This document shows positions 33,129 to 44,115 of a stretch of DNA of 64,000 nucleotides, one piece after another. The notes under the pieces were generated by a model. The model was not told where the DNA came from, did no database searches, and worked only from the letters and a program-made list of their open reading frames with translations. Source of the DNA: an uncultured Chloroflexia bacterium (GTDB taxonomy: Bacteria > Chloroflexota > Anaerolineae > B4-G1 > SLSP01). Made by a program: the position numbers and the translations under genes. The DNA lies in NCBI GenBank assembly GCA_963751345.1, contig CAVVUS010000011.1, forward strand, positions 128,001-192,000, given 5' to 3'. Each line of letters starts with the position of its first letter. Position 1 is the first letter of the stretch.

Positions 33129-35036
33129 ATGAAGATGACCTTCAAAACAATCCTGGTCGGCGGGTTCATTGTCTTCATCGCCGTGGTCACGGCGGCGGTC
33201 TTCGTGCCCGGCCTCATCTATCATCCGGATCGCACGCTCAAGGCTGTGGACTATACGGACTTGGAGACGAAGGGACGCGAGGTCTTCTACTCGAACGGCT
33301 GCAACTACTGCCACACACAGTATGTGCGCGAGCAGGATACGGCCATGGGCGCCGTGTCTGAGGGTGGTGACTACTATTTCGACAACCCATTGATCCTCGG
33401 CTCCGAGCGTACAGGACCGGACCTGACGAACATCGGGCGGAAGCGCAGCGTGATGTGGGAGTTCGAGCACCACAAGAACCCGCGCGACCTCTCCCCGCTC
33501 TCGATTATGCCCAGCTTCGAGTTCCTCTCAGATGCGGAGATTATGGCAATGGATGCCTATCTCTTTTCTCTGGGAGACCGCGTGGCGCAGGAGCGCATGA
33601 TCCTGCCTCCCGTGGCCTATGCCGGCGTGGCCGACTCCTTCAAGTATCCTGAGGTGCAGGCTGCAGCGGATCAGAGCGAGGTGTGGCCAACGTGGGAAGC
33701 ATCGGGGTTACAGGAGGGCAAGGAGCTCTACGTTAAGTATTGCCTGACGTGTCACGGCTGTGCCGGCAACGGCCTGGGCAGCTACGGTGGCACGACGTCC
33801 GTGACGCCGGCCAATTTCAAGGTTGAGCCCTATCGCAGCATGCCGCCCGATCAGTGGTTCTGGCACGTCTCCGAGGGGGTGCCCGGTACGGTGATGCCCG
33901 TGTGGAAGGAAAGCCTGAGCGAGGCGCAGCGATGGACCGTGATCCGCTACGTCCGCGAGATCTTTGCCCAGCCCACGATGCACGCGACCGAGCCGGGGAG
34001 TCCGACCGGTGCTTACGTCGGTCTCACCAATCCCGTCACGCTGACCGTGCAGGTGCTGGATGAGGGCAAGGCGATCTTCACACGCGAGTGCTTAGTCTGT
34101 CACGGCGACGCGGGGCGGGGGCATGGACCCTATCGCAACGAGCTCCAGCCTGCGCCTCCGGATTTCAGTGACACGGCGGCGTTCAGCAGCTTCACCGACG
34201 CCGACTACTTCTGGCGGATCAGCGAGGGTGTACCGTGGACCGCGATGCCCGCCTGGAAGGTCCAGTATGACGAAACGTCCAGATGGCAGGTAGTGCACTA
34301 CCTCCGTGCCATCTTCACCCAGACGGAGGCCATACCACCCGCGCCGCAGGCGGGTTTGACCTTCACCTATCCAGACTTCTACAGGGACTCACAGCGGTTC
34401 CCTGCAGAAGTCTCCTTTGACCGTGGTCGCATCGTCTACTTGCAGCAGTGCGCTCACTGCCACGGCTACGCCGGCGCCGGGAATGGACCGGACGGGCAGT
34501 ATCTGAATCCTGGGCCGACCGATCTGGTCAGTATCGCTGACCAGGAGATCACCCCCGAATCGCAGGGCAAGTATCTGGCGATGCTCACCTTCGGGATCCA
34601 GAACTCCGCGATGCCTGCCTGGGGAGAGTGGCTGCCCGTCGAGCAGCGATGGGACGTCATCAAGTTCTTGTTTGACGCTTTCTCGACGGGACGACCGCAG
34701 ACGACGAGCGCGGATACCGGAAATATCGCGGTGAACTACCTGATGGCGAGCAGTCAGGCGTACATTGACCAGGGGCATACTATCTCGGTTACCCACGGCG
34801 CCGAACTCTACGCGACGTACTGCGCGCCATGCCATGGCGACAGGGGACAGGGCAATGGCCCCGGCACCGCGGGGAGCCTCAGCGGCGGCCCGGCTGCCTT
34901 CCCCGCCCAGATGGGGGAGGCCTACGTCGTCTGGCGGGTCCAGGAGGGCGTACCGGATGGGTTGATGTACCCGTTCAAATGGATCTTCACCAGCGACGAT
35001 GCCTGGGACGTGACGGTCTATCTGACGCAGAAGTAG
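33129..35036 (+). CDS. ccoO: CcoO fused to four extra c-type heme domains, penta-heme, copy 2 (intact)
   Basis: CNYCH, CLTCH, CLVCH, CAHCH, CAPCH with Met motifs IMP, VMPVW, AMPAW, AMPAW, LMYPF. Confidence 0.9.
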   Translation: MKMTFKTILVGGFIVFIAVVTAAVFVPGLIYHPDRTLKAVDYTDLETKGREVFYSNGCNYCHTQYVREQDTAMGAVSEGGDYYFDNPLILGSERTGPDLTNIGRKRSVMWEFEHHKNPRDLSPLSIMPSFEFLSDAEIMAMDAYLFSLGDRVAQERMILPPVAYAGVADSFKYPEVQAAADQSEVWPTWEASGLQEGKELYVKYCLTCHGCAGNGLGSYGGTTSVTPANFKVEPYRSMPPDQWFWHVSEGVPGTVMPVWKESLSEAQRWTVIRYVREIFAQPTMHATEPGSPTGAYVGLTNPVTLTVQVLDEGKAIFTRECLVCHGDAGRGHGPYRNELQPAPPDFSDTAAFSSFTDADYFWRISEGVPWTAMPAWKVQYDETSRWQVVHYLRAIFTQTEAIPPAPQAGLTFTYPDFYRDSQRFPAEVSFDRGRIVYLQQCAHCHGYAGAGNGPDGQYLNPGPTDLVSIADQEITPESQGKYLAMLTFGIQNSAMPAWGEWLPVEQRWDVIKFLFDAFSTGRPQTTSADTGNIAVNYLMASSQAYIDQGHTISVTHGAELYATYCAPCHGDRGQGNGPGTAGSLSGGPAAFPAQMGEAYVVWRVQEGVPDGLMYPFKWIFTSDDAWDVTVYLTQK

Positions 35037-35073
35037 AGAGGCGGGGGGCGATCGACCTCCGTAGGGTGGAACG

Positions 35074-35782
35074 ATGAACGCAACTGGATCACTCTATACC
35101 GGGCTGCTATTGGCCGCGCTCGTCGGGAGCCTGGGACACTGCCTGGGCATGTGCGGTCCCCTGGTCCTGATCCTGGGCGCACAGGTCAAGAAGCAGAACG
35201 CGTCCCCGCTTCCGACCCATCTGCTCTACCATGGGAGCCGGATCGGGGTCTACGTGGTGCTGGGCGCCCTCGTCGGAGGGTTAGGTTCATTGGTCGGCGT
35301 ACGGCCGTCCCTGGGCCGCCTTGCAGGCGTCGTCAGCCTAGTCCTCGGGCTGGGCGTCGTGCTGCTGGGGCTGGGATATCTCGGTTGGTTGCCGCTTCAG
35401 CGGCTGGAGGGTGCTGCCACGTGGTGGAGTCGCGCCACCGCCGGCGCGCTAAAGCGGCGAGGGATGGGGCGCGTTGCGATGCTGGGGGCGCTCAACGGGA
35501 TCCTTCCGTGCGGCCTGGTCTACAGCGGGCTCCTCGTCGCGGCCTCTACCGGCGGGGCGATCCAGGGCGCGCTTGGGATGGTGATATTCGGGGCCGGGAC
35601 GCTCCCGGCGTTGTTGGTCGTCGGGTTGGGCGCAGGGGCTCTCAGCGTTCACGCACGCCAGGTGCTCGCGAGGATCTCGGGGATCGTGATTGTGCTTGGT
35701 GGGGGTCCAGCTCGTCATGCGGGGGTTGGCCGGCCTCGGCGTCGTGCCGATGCTGCGTATAGGAGGCTTCGTGATTTGGTAA
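35074..35782 (+). CDS. DsbD_2/TauE-like membrane protein (cbb3 copper-assembly associated; frameshift near 35700)
   Basis: GHCLGMCGP, LNGILPCGLVY, FGAGTLP; corrected C-terminus ...LRIGGFVIW* ends at TAA 35780-35782. Confidence 0.8.
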
Positions 35783-38283
35783 CGCAAGACAGCTCAGGGG
35801 AGGCCCCGCGGCTTGAACGGTGGGAACACCCGCCCTCCCCGCCGGAAGCCCGTTCGAATCGGGATCTTGGGCCGCTTCCGAAGAAAGGGACGTGCGACCT
35901 CTGCGGCTTGCAGATCGATGGAGGTCCCATCGTGAAGACCTTTGATGGGGAAGAGAAGCACTTCTGCTGCCAGGGGTGTGCGAACGTCTACGAGGTCGCC
36001 TACAAGAACGACATGCTCGATGAGGTCGTCCAGAAGCCCGAGCCCAGGAAAAGCCCCACGGATGTCGTCAAGGACGTCTTCCTCGATCCGGGAGAGACGG
36101 CCTACTTCTCGCTGAAGGGTATGTGGTGCGCCGGCTGCGCCGTGGCTGCTGAGCGGGTGCTCAAGAAGGAGCCGGGCATCAAGGGCGTCGACGTCAGCTT
36201 CGCCGCCGAGCGGGGGCGCATCCGGTACGATCCTGACGTGGCGAATCCGCGGGAGGTGCTCGAACCGCCTTGGCCCGCTGGGTTACCAGGGGCATGTGCT
36301 GACCGATCCCGGGGAAGCCGAAGCGACCGTCGAGAGGAGCGAATGGTCCTCCAGTTGATCGTCGCTGCGGCATTCGGTATGCAGGTGATGATCTTCTACC
36401 TGGTGCAACTCTATCCACGATACGCGGCCGGTGACTACAATGCGCCGGACGTCCGTCGCCTTCAGTACCTTGTCTGGCTTCTGGCTACGCCGTCTCTCTT
36501 CTTCGGTGGACTCTCCTTTCTCAAGGGTGCCTGGCGAGCGCTCAAGGCGGGCACGGCGACGATGGATACGTTGGTCGCACTGGGCACGCTTTCGGCGTAC
36601 AGCTACAGCGTCTACATAGCGGTGACGGGGAGTGGCGAGGCTTACTTCGATTCCGTCGCGATGATCACGCTTTTCGTGCTCTTCGGGCGATATCTGGAGA
36701 CGGTGGGCGGTACCCAGGCACGCAAGGATATTCGGCAGTTGCTGCAGCTCCAGCCTGAGAAGGCATGGCGCCGTGCCCCATCGGGGGAGGGAGGGGAATG
36801 GCAGCAAATCAAGGCGCTGTTGCTGGAGGTTGGCGACGTCATCCTGGTGAAGCCCGGAGAGCGGGTGCCCGCTGACGCCGAGATCATCGAGGGGGAGGGT
36901 ACGGCTAACGAAGCACTGTTGACCGGCGAGTCGGCGCCCGTGGACAAGGCACCCGGAGATACACTCTACTCCGGAACGGTGGTCAACGATGCCGCGGTGA
37001 TCGCGCGGGTCACACGCCCGGTGGGGACGACGCGGCTTGCGCAGATCACGCAGCTCGTGGAGCAGACGCTTTCGGCGAAGCCTCCGATTCAGCGGTTGGC
37101 CGACACAGCCTCGGCCTACTTTGCCTTTGGCATCCTGGGTGCGGCTGTCGTCACGGCCGTCGTGCGCCTTCTGCTGGGACAGGCCGCGAACGAGGCGATC
37201 TTGGCCGCCGTGGCCGTTCTGGTGGTCGCTTGTCCGTGTGCCCTGGGATTGGCGACGCCGTTGGCGTTGACGGTCACTTTGGGGAGGACCACGCGCGCCG
37301 GACTGTTGGTGCGCAACCCCGCGGCGCTGGAGACGACGGCCAAGGTGCAGCGCATGGTCTTTGACAAGACCGGGACGCTGACACAGGGGGTGCTGTCGGT
37401 GACACAGACGGTGGTCGCCCCTGAGGCCGCCATCACACCAGATGATCTGCTTCGCATGGCCGCGGCGGTGGAGCAGTATTCCGAGCATCCTATTGCACGG
37501 GCGATCGTGGCAGCCTGGGCCGGCCCTCTGCAGGCAGCGGACGATTTCCGCCCGTTGCGGGGGTTGGGAGCAAGCGCCCGGGTCGACGGACGCCGGATTC
37601 TGGTCGGCTCGGCACGCTTTCTGAATGTGACCGAAGGATCGCCGCTGTTGTCTCAGGCCACGGTGCAGGCAGAGCGCGGCGAGACGGTCGTTTGGGTGGG
37701 GGGCGACACCCCGACCGCGGGCGGTGATGCCGCCCCGGAAGGTTATCTTACCCTGCGTGACACGCCCAACCCCGCAGCCTGGGAGGCTCTGGCTCAGCTC
37801 CAGGCCCTCGGGATCCGATCGGTGATGCTGTCCGGGGACACGGAGAGCACAGTGGCTGCCATTGCGAGCGAACTCGATCTTGTCGACTATGAGGGGAACT
37901 GCCTCCCGTCTGAGAAGGCGGAGCGCATCCGAGCGTGGCAATCGCAGGGCGACAAAGTGGCCATGGTCGGGGACGGCGTCAATGACGCACCGGGACTGGC
38001 CCAGGCCGACCTGAGTTTCACAGCCGTGGGCGGCACCGACGTTGCCGGTGAGACCTCGGATATCGTGCTGACCCACAGCGACCTGACCATTATCCCATGG
38101 TACATCGCCCTGTCACGGCGCACACGGCGGATCATCCTGGAAAATCTGGGTTGGGCGTTCGCGTACAATCTGGTTGCGGTGCCTCTGGCAGCATTCGGCG
38201 TGATCAGCCCGGTAATCGCTGCGGCGACGATGGCGAGCAGCAGCCTGCTCGTGGTGGGCAACTCCCTGCGGTTGCGCCGATAG
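35776..38283 (+). CDS. ccoI: Cu-transporting P1B ATPase (CcoI/FixI-like)
   Basis: CDLC...FCCQGC domain, HMA CAGC, TGES, CPC, DKTGT, EHP, GDGVND, YN and MASSS; TTG start 9 nt after AGGAGG. Confidence 0.88.
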   Translation: MVTQDSSGEAPRLERWEHPPSPPEARSNRDLGPLPKKGTCDLCGLQIDGGPIVKTFDGEEKHFCCQGCANVYEVAYKNDMLDEVVQKPEPRKSPTDVVKDVFLDPGETAYFSLKGMWCAGCAVAAERVLKKEPGIKGVDVSFAAERGRIRYDPDVANPREVLEPPWPAGLPGACADRSRGSRSDRREERMVLQLIVAAAFGMQVMIFYLVQLYPRYAAGDYNAPDVRRLQYLVWLLATPSLFFGGLSFLKGAWRALKAGTATMDTLVALGTLSAYSYSVYIAVTGSGEAYFDSVAMITLFVLFGRYLETVGGTQARKDIRQLLQLQPEKAWRRAPSGEGGEWQQIKALLLEVGDVILVKPGERVPADAEIIEGEGTANEALLTGESAPVDKAPGDTLYSGTVVNDAAVIARVTRPVGTTRLAQITQLVEQTLSAKPPIQRLADTASAYFAFGILGAAVVTAVVRLLLGQAANEAILAAVAVLVVACPCALGLATPLALTVTLGRTTRAGLLVRNPAALETTAKVQRMVFDKTGTLTQGVLSVTQTVVAPEAAITPDDLLRMAAAVEQYSEHPIARAIVAAWAGPLQAADDFRPLRGLGASARVDGRRILVGSARFLNVTEGSPLLSQATVQAERGETVVWVGGDTPTAGGDAAPEGYLTLRDTPNPAAWEALAQLQALGIRSVMLSGDTESTVAAIASELDLVDYEGNCLPSEKAERIRAWQSQGDKVAMVGDGVNDAPGLAQADLSFTAVGGTDVAGETSDIVLTHSDLTIIPWYIALSRRTRRIILENLGWAFAYNLVAVPLAAFGVISPVIAAATMASSSLLVVGNSLRLRR

Positions 38284-38352
38284 CGTCGCCCGGAGTCGCT
38301 TTCCCGGAGCGGCGCCACACTACTGAGTGCAGTCGAGCAGGAGTCATAACGA

Positions 38353-39045
38353 ATGAAGCGAGAGCGACCCGAACCCCACTTCACGGCATCACAGATCGTC
38401 CACGACATCGTAATCGGCATGTCGGATGGCCTCACGGTCCCCTTTGCCATCGCCGCCGGCATGTCCGGTGCCTCGGTTGCCACGAGAGTGGTGATCATCG
38501 CCGGGCTTTCGGAGATCGCTGCCGGCTCGATCTCGATGGGATTGGGCGGATATCTGTCAGGACGCACCGATATGGAACACTACGAGACTGAACGTAAGCG
38601 CGAGGTCAGGGAGACGCATGAGGTGCCCGAGCAGGAGACCCGCGAGGTGGTCAACATTCTCAAGGACCACGGTCTGGATGAGGAAGAGGCCAAGCCCATC
38701 GTGGAGAAGATGAAAGAGGACCGGGATAAGTGGGTGGACTTTATGATGCGTTTCGAGCTTGGTCTGGAAAAGCCCGATCCCCAGCAGGCCCTCAAGAGCG
38801 GATTGACGATCGGGCTTTCTTACGCGGTCGCGGGGTTCATCCCGCTCACGCCCTATGCCGTGATGAACTCCGTCACGACGGCGCTCTACGTCTCGGCTGC
38901 GGTGACAATGGCGGCCCTGATCATCTTCGGCTACGTCAAGGGACGGCTGACCGGAGTGAGTGGCTGGTCGTCTGCGCTGCAGACGGCCGTCGTAGGCGGG
39001 CTCGCCGCCGGTGCAGCATTTGTGCTTGCGCGCCTAATCGGATAG
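38353..39045 (+). CDS. VIT1/CCC1-family Fe/Mn transporter
   Basis: DIVIGMSDGLTVPFA, EIAAGSISMGLGGYL, FMMRFELGL. Confidence 0.92.
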   Translation: MKRERPEPHFTASQIVHDIVIGMSDGLTVPFAIAAGMSGASVATRVVIIAGLSEIAAGSISMGLGGYLSGRTDMEHYETERKREVRETHEVPEQETREVVNILKDHGLDEEEAKPIVEKMKEDRDKWVDFMMRFELGLEKPDPQQALKSGLTIGLSYAVAGFIPLTPYAVMNSVTTALYVSAAVTMAALIIFGYVKGRLTGVSGWSSALQTAVVGGLAAGAAFVLARLIG

Positions 39046-39063
39046 CTGATGTTAGGGAAGCCT

Positions 39064-40123
39064 ATGAACACTGAACCACCTCGGCGACAACAACTTAGCG
39101 GGAACACCTGGCTGGCCCTTCTGGCTCTAGCCGTGTCGACCTGGCTTGTAATCCAGGGATTTGGCCTCGTCGTCGAGGTGGCATCCGTTCTTTTTGGTGC
39201 CACGTTGATCAGCTTGGCCACTCGTCCGCTGGTCGATTATCTCGCAGCGCATCACATCCCACGGGTGCTCACGATGATCGTTATCTACCTCGTGGGGCTG
39301 GCGATCATCAGTACGGTGGGGGCCCTACTCGTGCCGGTGACTCGGTCTGAGGTCGCCGCCCTACAGCAAGACGGTCCCGCGTTGGCGGCCTCGATCGTTG
39401 CATGGGCGCGGTCGTTGCCGGTGGTTGGCTCTCTGATCCCCTCGACGAATTCCCTACTGACGAGCGTCTTCCAGAGATTGGGTACGATCAGTGTCACCAT
39501 CCTGGACACGATCACCAGCATCGGTGGGACAGCCTTGGATGTGGTTATTTCGCTTGTCATCGCCGTCTTCTTCACGACAGACCCGGGCCTCAACAGCCGG
39601 AGCATCGAACGCTGGATCGGCATTCGCGCTCGCCCGCGCGTTCACACGATACTTATGCACATCCAGCGCCGACTCCAGCGCTGGGTGTGGGCGCAGCTAG
39701 CCATCGCGCTCTACTTCGCGGTGAGCTTCAGCGTGGGGCTGACCGCACTTGGAGTCCCGGCCGGGTTGACGATCGGCGTTCTGGGCGGTCTGTTAGAGAT
39801 CGTCCCGTACCTGGGCGGCGCAATTGCCACCATCCTGGCCGTGCTCAGTGCCTTGACCCTCGGCCCGTTGCGGGCGCTCTGGGTCGTCTTGCTCTACCTG
39901 GTCATTGTGGAGGTGGAGTCCCACATCGTTGCCCCGGCCTTCTACGGGCGAATCCTTGGGTCTACCTCCGGCACTGGTGCTGGTAGCGCTTGTGGTCGGC
40001 CTCAAGCTCTACGGCATCGTGGGCGTTTTCTTCGCTGTCCCGCTCGCGGTTGTGGTCGTCGCGATTCTGGAAGAGCTTTATCCTCCTGGCACCGACGATG
40101 AGGAGGCTCCCGAAGGCCAATAG
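39064..40123 (+). CDS. AI-2E-family transporter (frameshift near 39960)
   Basis: Multi-TM; LEIVPYLG, ESHIVAP, LYGIVGVFFAVP. Confidence 0.85.
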
Positions 40124-40220
40124 CCAGAGCGACTCCATTGTCGCGTTCTGTGACTGTGCTACACTCCTTCCCGTCGTCGTCTCCATCGTGCTCAGCTATG
40201 CGCAGTCTCAGGATCTTGAT

Positions 40221-43026
40221 ATGTCGGCATCGCCCAATCCATTGAGCGCGCCTGTCACCACGATGCGGCTGTTGCGCACAAAGCTCTTTGTGCCCCAGGC
40301 GCATCCGGATCTTGTCGCACGTCCCCGGCTTCTTGAGGCCCTCGAACGCGGCTGCCATCGCAGGCTGACGCTGCTCTCGGCTCCGGCGGGCTTTGGCAAG
40401 TCGACGCTGCTCGCCGTCTGGGCAGCCCAGCGCGCTGGTGGCATCTTGGAGGGGGCGGAGACGCCGGGTCGCCCCCAGGTGGGATGGGTCTCGCTCGACG
40501 AGCGTGACAACGACCCTATCCGCTTCTGGTCCTATGTCATCGAGGCGCTCGATGCGCTGTGGCCGGGCCGATGGGCGACAGTTCGGACGATGATCGGATC
40601 CCCGCAGCCCCCACCGATCGAGGGCGTGCTCACCGAGATTCTGAACACGCTCACTACCTGTGAAGGTTCGGCAGCGCTGGTTCTGGACGATTACCACGCG
40701 ATTGCGGACCCCGCCATTCACGAGGGAATGAGTTTTCTGTTGGAGAACCTTCCCCCTCATCTCTGTTTGATCCTTTCGGGGCGCGCTGATCCGCCCTTGC
40801 CATTGGCACAACTCAGGGCGCGACGCCAACTGGTTGAGATCAGAGCCCACGACTTGCGTTTCACCCAGGAGGAGTCGGCTGACTTCCTCAACCGCGTGAT
40901 GGGCCTGGCGCTCCGAGCGGACGATGTGTCTGCCCTGGCCTCGCTGACCGAGGGCTGGGCTGCCGGTCTGCAGCTTGCGGCTCTTTCGATACAGGAAGCT
41001 GAGGATGTCCGTGCTTTCGTCGCCTCGTTTTCCGGCGAACACCGCTACATCTTCGACTATCTGGCTCACGAGATCCTCGATCAGCAGCCCGTAGCGACGC
41101 GCGAGTTTCTGCTCAGGACGGCGGTGCTCGACCGCATGAACGGCACTCTCTGCGACGCGGTGACCGGGAGCGACGATGGTCAGGCGATGCTGCAGATGCT
41201 GGAGCGAGGCAATCTCTTCGTGACGCCCCTCGATCAGGAGCGTCACTGGTACCGGTACCATCATCTCTTCTCGGAGTTCCTGCGGACGCAATTGGCCGGT
41301 GAGAAAGATCCGGCCGAGATTGCCGACTTGCACCACCGAGCGGCCCAGTGGTTTGTGGATCAGGGTGATCTGTCTGACGCCATTGACCACGCGCTGGCGG
41401 CCGGCGACTATGTGTGGGCGAAGACGCTTGTCGAAGGTGCCCTCGTCGGCATGTTCCGGCGCAGCGAGCTGCGCACTCTCATCGGTTGGCTGGAGCGTTT
41501 GCCCAAGGCCCTCATACAGCAGGATGCCTACTTGACGATGGCTGCGGCGTGGGCGTATCTGGCGACCGGTCAGGCAGGAGGCCGTTGAGACTCGCCTGCG
41601 CGACGTCGAGCGTCTGATCGGCGCGGTGGCCGATGGGTCGCCGGAAAGCTACGCTCTGCCCCCGGAGCAGCGAGGTCCCCTTGCGGAGATCTCGTGTCTT
41701 CGGGCGACGCTCTGCTTCAACAAAGGGGACTTGGCGGCAGTTGAGGCCTACAGCCGGCAGACCCGCGCCTACCTGGCCGATGATGCGCAGGCCGGTGCCT
41801 TCAACCAACGTCTGGCCTTGCTGGGCATCGCGGCATTCCACCTCGCGTTGGCGAAGGAGTTTGGCGGTGACACTGTAGCTGCTGTGGAGGCATTCCAGGA
41901 GGCGATCCCTCGTCTCCGTGACGACGATAACCCACATCTCCTGCCGATGTCGATCAGCCACCTCGGGCAACTGCTGGCCGCTTCAGGGACGGCTGCACGA
42001 CGCCGCATCCACTTACGCCGAGGCGCTTCGCGAGGTCGAGCAACGCGGCACGCCTTCTCCCCTGTCAGGCACGGCCTATACCGGACTTGGCAGCCTGTTC
42101 TATGAATGGAACGATCTGGAGCGGGCTGCCGCCTATCTGGAGCAGGGGATCGAGATGGGAAGGCCCTGGTCGCACTGGGAGGTACTCGTCAATGGCTACG
42201 TGGGGCTGGCATGTATCGACCTGGCCGGCGGCGATGTCGACCGGGCGATGGGCCGGTTGGCCTCGCTGGTGGACTACACGACGTTGGTCAAAATGCGTTG
42301 GGCTCTGCCGCTGATCGAGGCCTATCGCGCTCTATTGTCGCTGCGGATCGGTCGTATCCATGATGCCATCGCGTGGGCCAGGGGTATCGACGTGCCGGCA
42401 GAGGGCGCACTCCCGTTTGCCCTCGAACCCAATGCCCTGATCCTGGCGCGCGTCTTTCTGGCCCAGGGGCAGTATGCGGCGGCACTCGCGCTACTCACCC
42501 GATTGGCCGCGGGCGCAGAGGCCGCCGGCCGATTGGGTCGGGTGATCGAGGCACTGTCTATTCAGGCGTTGGTCCTCGATGCCCAGGGCGAACGTGCGGC
42601 GGCCCTCACGGCGCTGGCGAGTGCCCTGGAGCTGGCGGCACCGCAGGGATATGTCCGCCTGTTTGTCGACGAGGGCCCGGGCATGCGTGGCTCTGCTTGC
42701 CGCGCTGCCCGCCAAGTCTGACTACGCGTCCGGGCTCCTGGCTGCTTTCGCAGGGACACAATCCGTTGATGATGGGGGTCGTCACGTGGCATTGGCCCAC
42801 GCAAGTGGCACGCGCAGATCGGCAGGATCTGGCCGAACCCCTGACGGAGAGAGAGCTGGAAATCCTGGTCCTGATGGCCGATGGACTGACCAATCAAGAT
42901 ATCGCCGACCGGCTCTTCATCTCCATCAATACCGTCAAGACTCATGCCAAGAATATCTACAGCAAGCTTGACGTCCGCAACCGTGCACAAGCCATTGTGC
43001 GCGCCGCTGAAGCCGGGTTGTTGTAG
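40221..43026 (+). CDS. MalT-like (STAND ATPase-TPR-LuxR HTH) transcriptional regulator, frameshifted
   Basis: RTKLFVP, APAGFGKST, LVLDDYH, TEGWAAGL, WYRYHHLF; C-terminal LTERELEIL...NTVKTH..NIYSKL. Confidence 0.9.
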
Positions 43027-43067
43027 CGGTCCCATCCTCCTCGCACTCTCGGCCTCCTCCCGATTCC

Positions 43068-43162
43068 CATCACTCGTTCGGGTGATGGGTGACGCATGTC
43101 CGAATCACCCGATCGGATTCACCCGCCCTGGTGATGACATGGATGCCCGATCTCCTTATACT
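43068..43162 (+). promoter_or_regulatory. Two palindromic operator-like sites plus a -10 box upstream of the ABC exporter
   Basis: CATCAC-N8-GTGATG (43068-43087), ATTCAC-N8-GTGATG (43117-43136), half-site AATCACCC (43103), TATACT at 43157-43162. Confidence 0.55.
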
Positions 43163-43196
43163 CAGGATGAATTGAAAATAGAAGGAGGTCGGACAG

Positions 43197-44115
43197 ATGA
43201 CAGACACTGCAGTTCAAGTCCAAGGATTCCGTAAGGCATACGGCGATTTCGTGGCCGTGAACGGGATCAGTTTCGAGGTCGAGCGCGGCGAGGTCTTCGG
43301 TCTGCTGGGCCCGAACGGCGCAGGCAAGACAAGTACGCTTGAGTGCCTGGAAGGGCTGCGCGAGCCCACAGCAGGCACCCTGGACGTGATGGGAGTCGAC
43401 CCCAGCCGGGAGAGCCGGCGGCTACGCAATCTCATCGGCGTGCAGCTCCAAACGTCGGGCCTACCCGCGAACATGGAGGCGGACGAGGCCATGAGCCTTC
43501 TTCTGCGCCTATCACGGCGTGGCGCCGCGCTACGATCTGCTGGACCGGCTCGGGCTCGCCGAGAAGCGCGACACCCAGTATGAGAAGCTCTCCACCGGCC
43601 AGCAGCGCAGGCTGGCGCTGGCGCTGGCTATCGCCCATCGCCCCGCCGTGCTCTTTCTCGACGAGCCAACCGCGGGGCTGGATGTCGAATCACGCTCCGA
43701 GTTGCACGCGCTGATCCGCGAGCTGCAGTCCGAAGGTACCACCGTGATCCTGGCGACACACGATATGGCGGAGGCCGAGAAGATGGCCGACCGCGTGGCG
43801 ATCCTGCTCCGCGGCAAGGTTGTCGCGACGGGCACACCCCGCGAGCTCACTGCCACCGGTGACGGGCTCACCAAGGTCTCCGTCCGGACGGAGCAGTCGA
43901 TGCTGGCTACCAACGGCACGGGCTTCCCGGCCGTACATCAGCGGAGCGTCAAGGACGACTACACGATCTTTTTCAGCCGGGATCCCGGCCCGACGGTCAG
44001 CGCGATTCTCAGTTACCTGACCGCTCACGATGACAAGCTTATTGACCTGCGCGTCGAGCGCCCGTCGCTCGAAGAGCGCTTCCTGGAGATTACGGCTAAC
44101 GGAGGTGCAGCATGA
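43197..44115 (+). CDS. ABC-2 type exporter ATP-binding protein (frameshift near 43500)
   Basis: GPNGAGKTS, LSTGQQRR, FLDEPTAGLD, THDM. Confidence 0.9.

Noticed and set aside
35074-38283. Apparent 1069-aa DsbD_2-P1B ATPase fusion
   Set aside because: The junction (GGGPARHAGVG...) is out-of-frame text after a G-run; the alternative frame finishes the last TM and stops at 35782, and the ATPase has its own RBS and TTG
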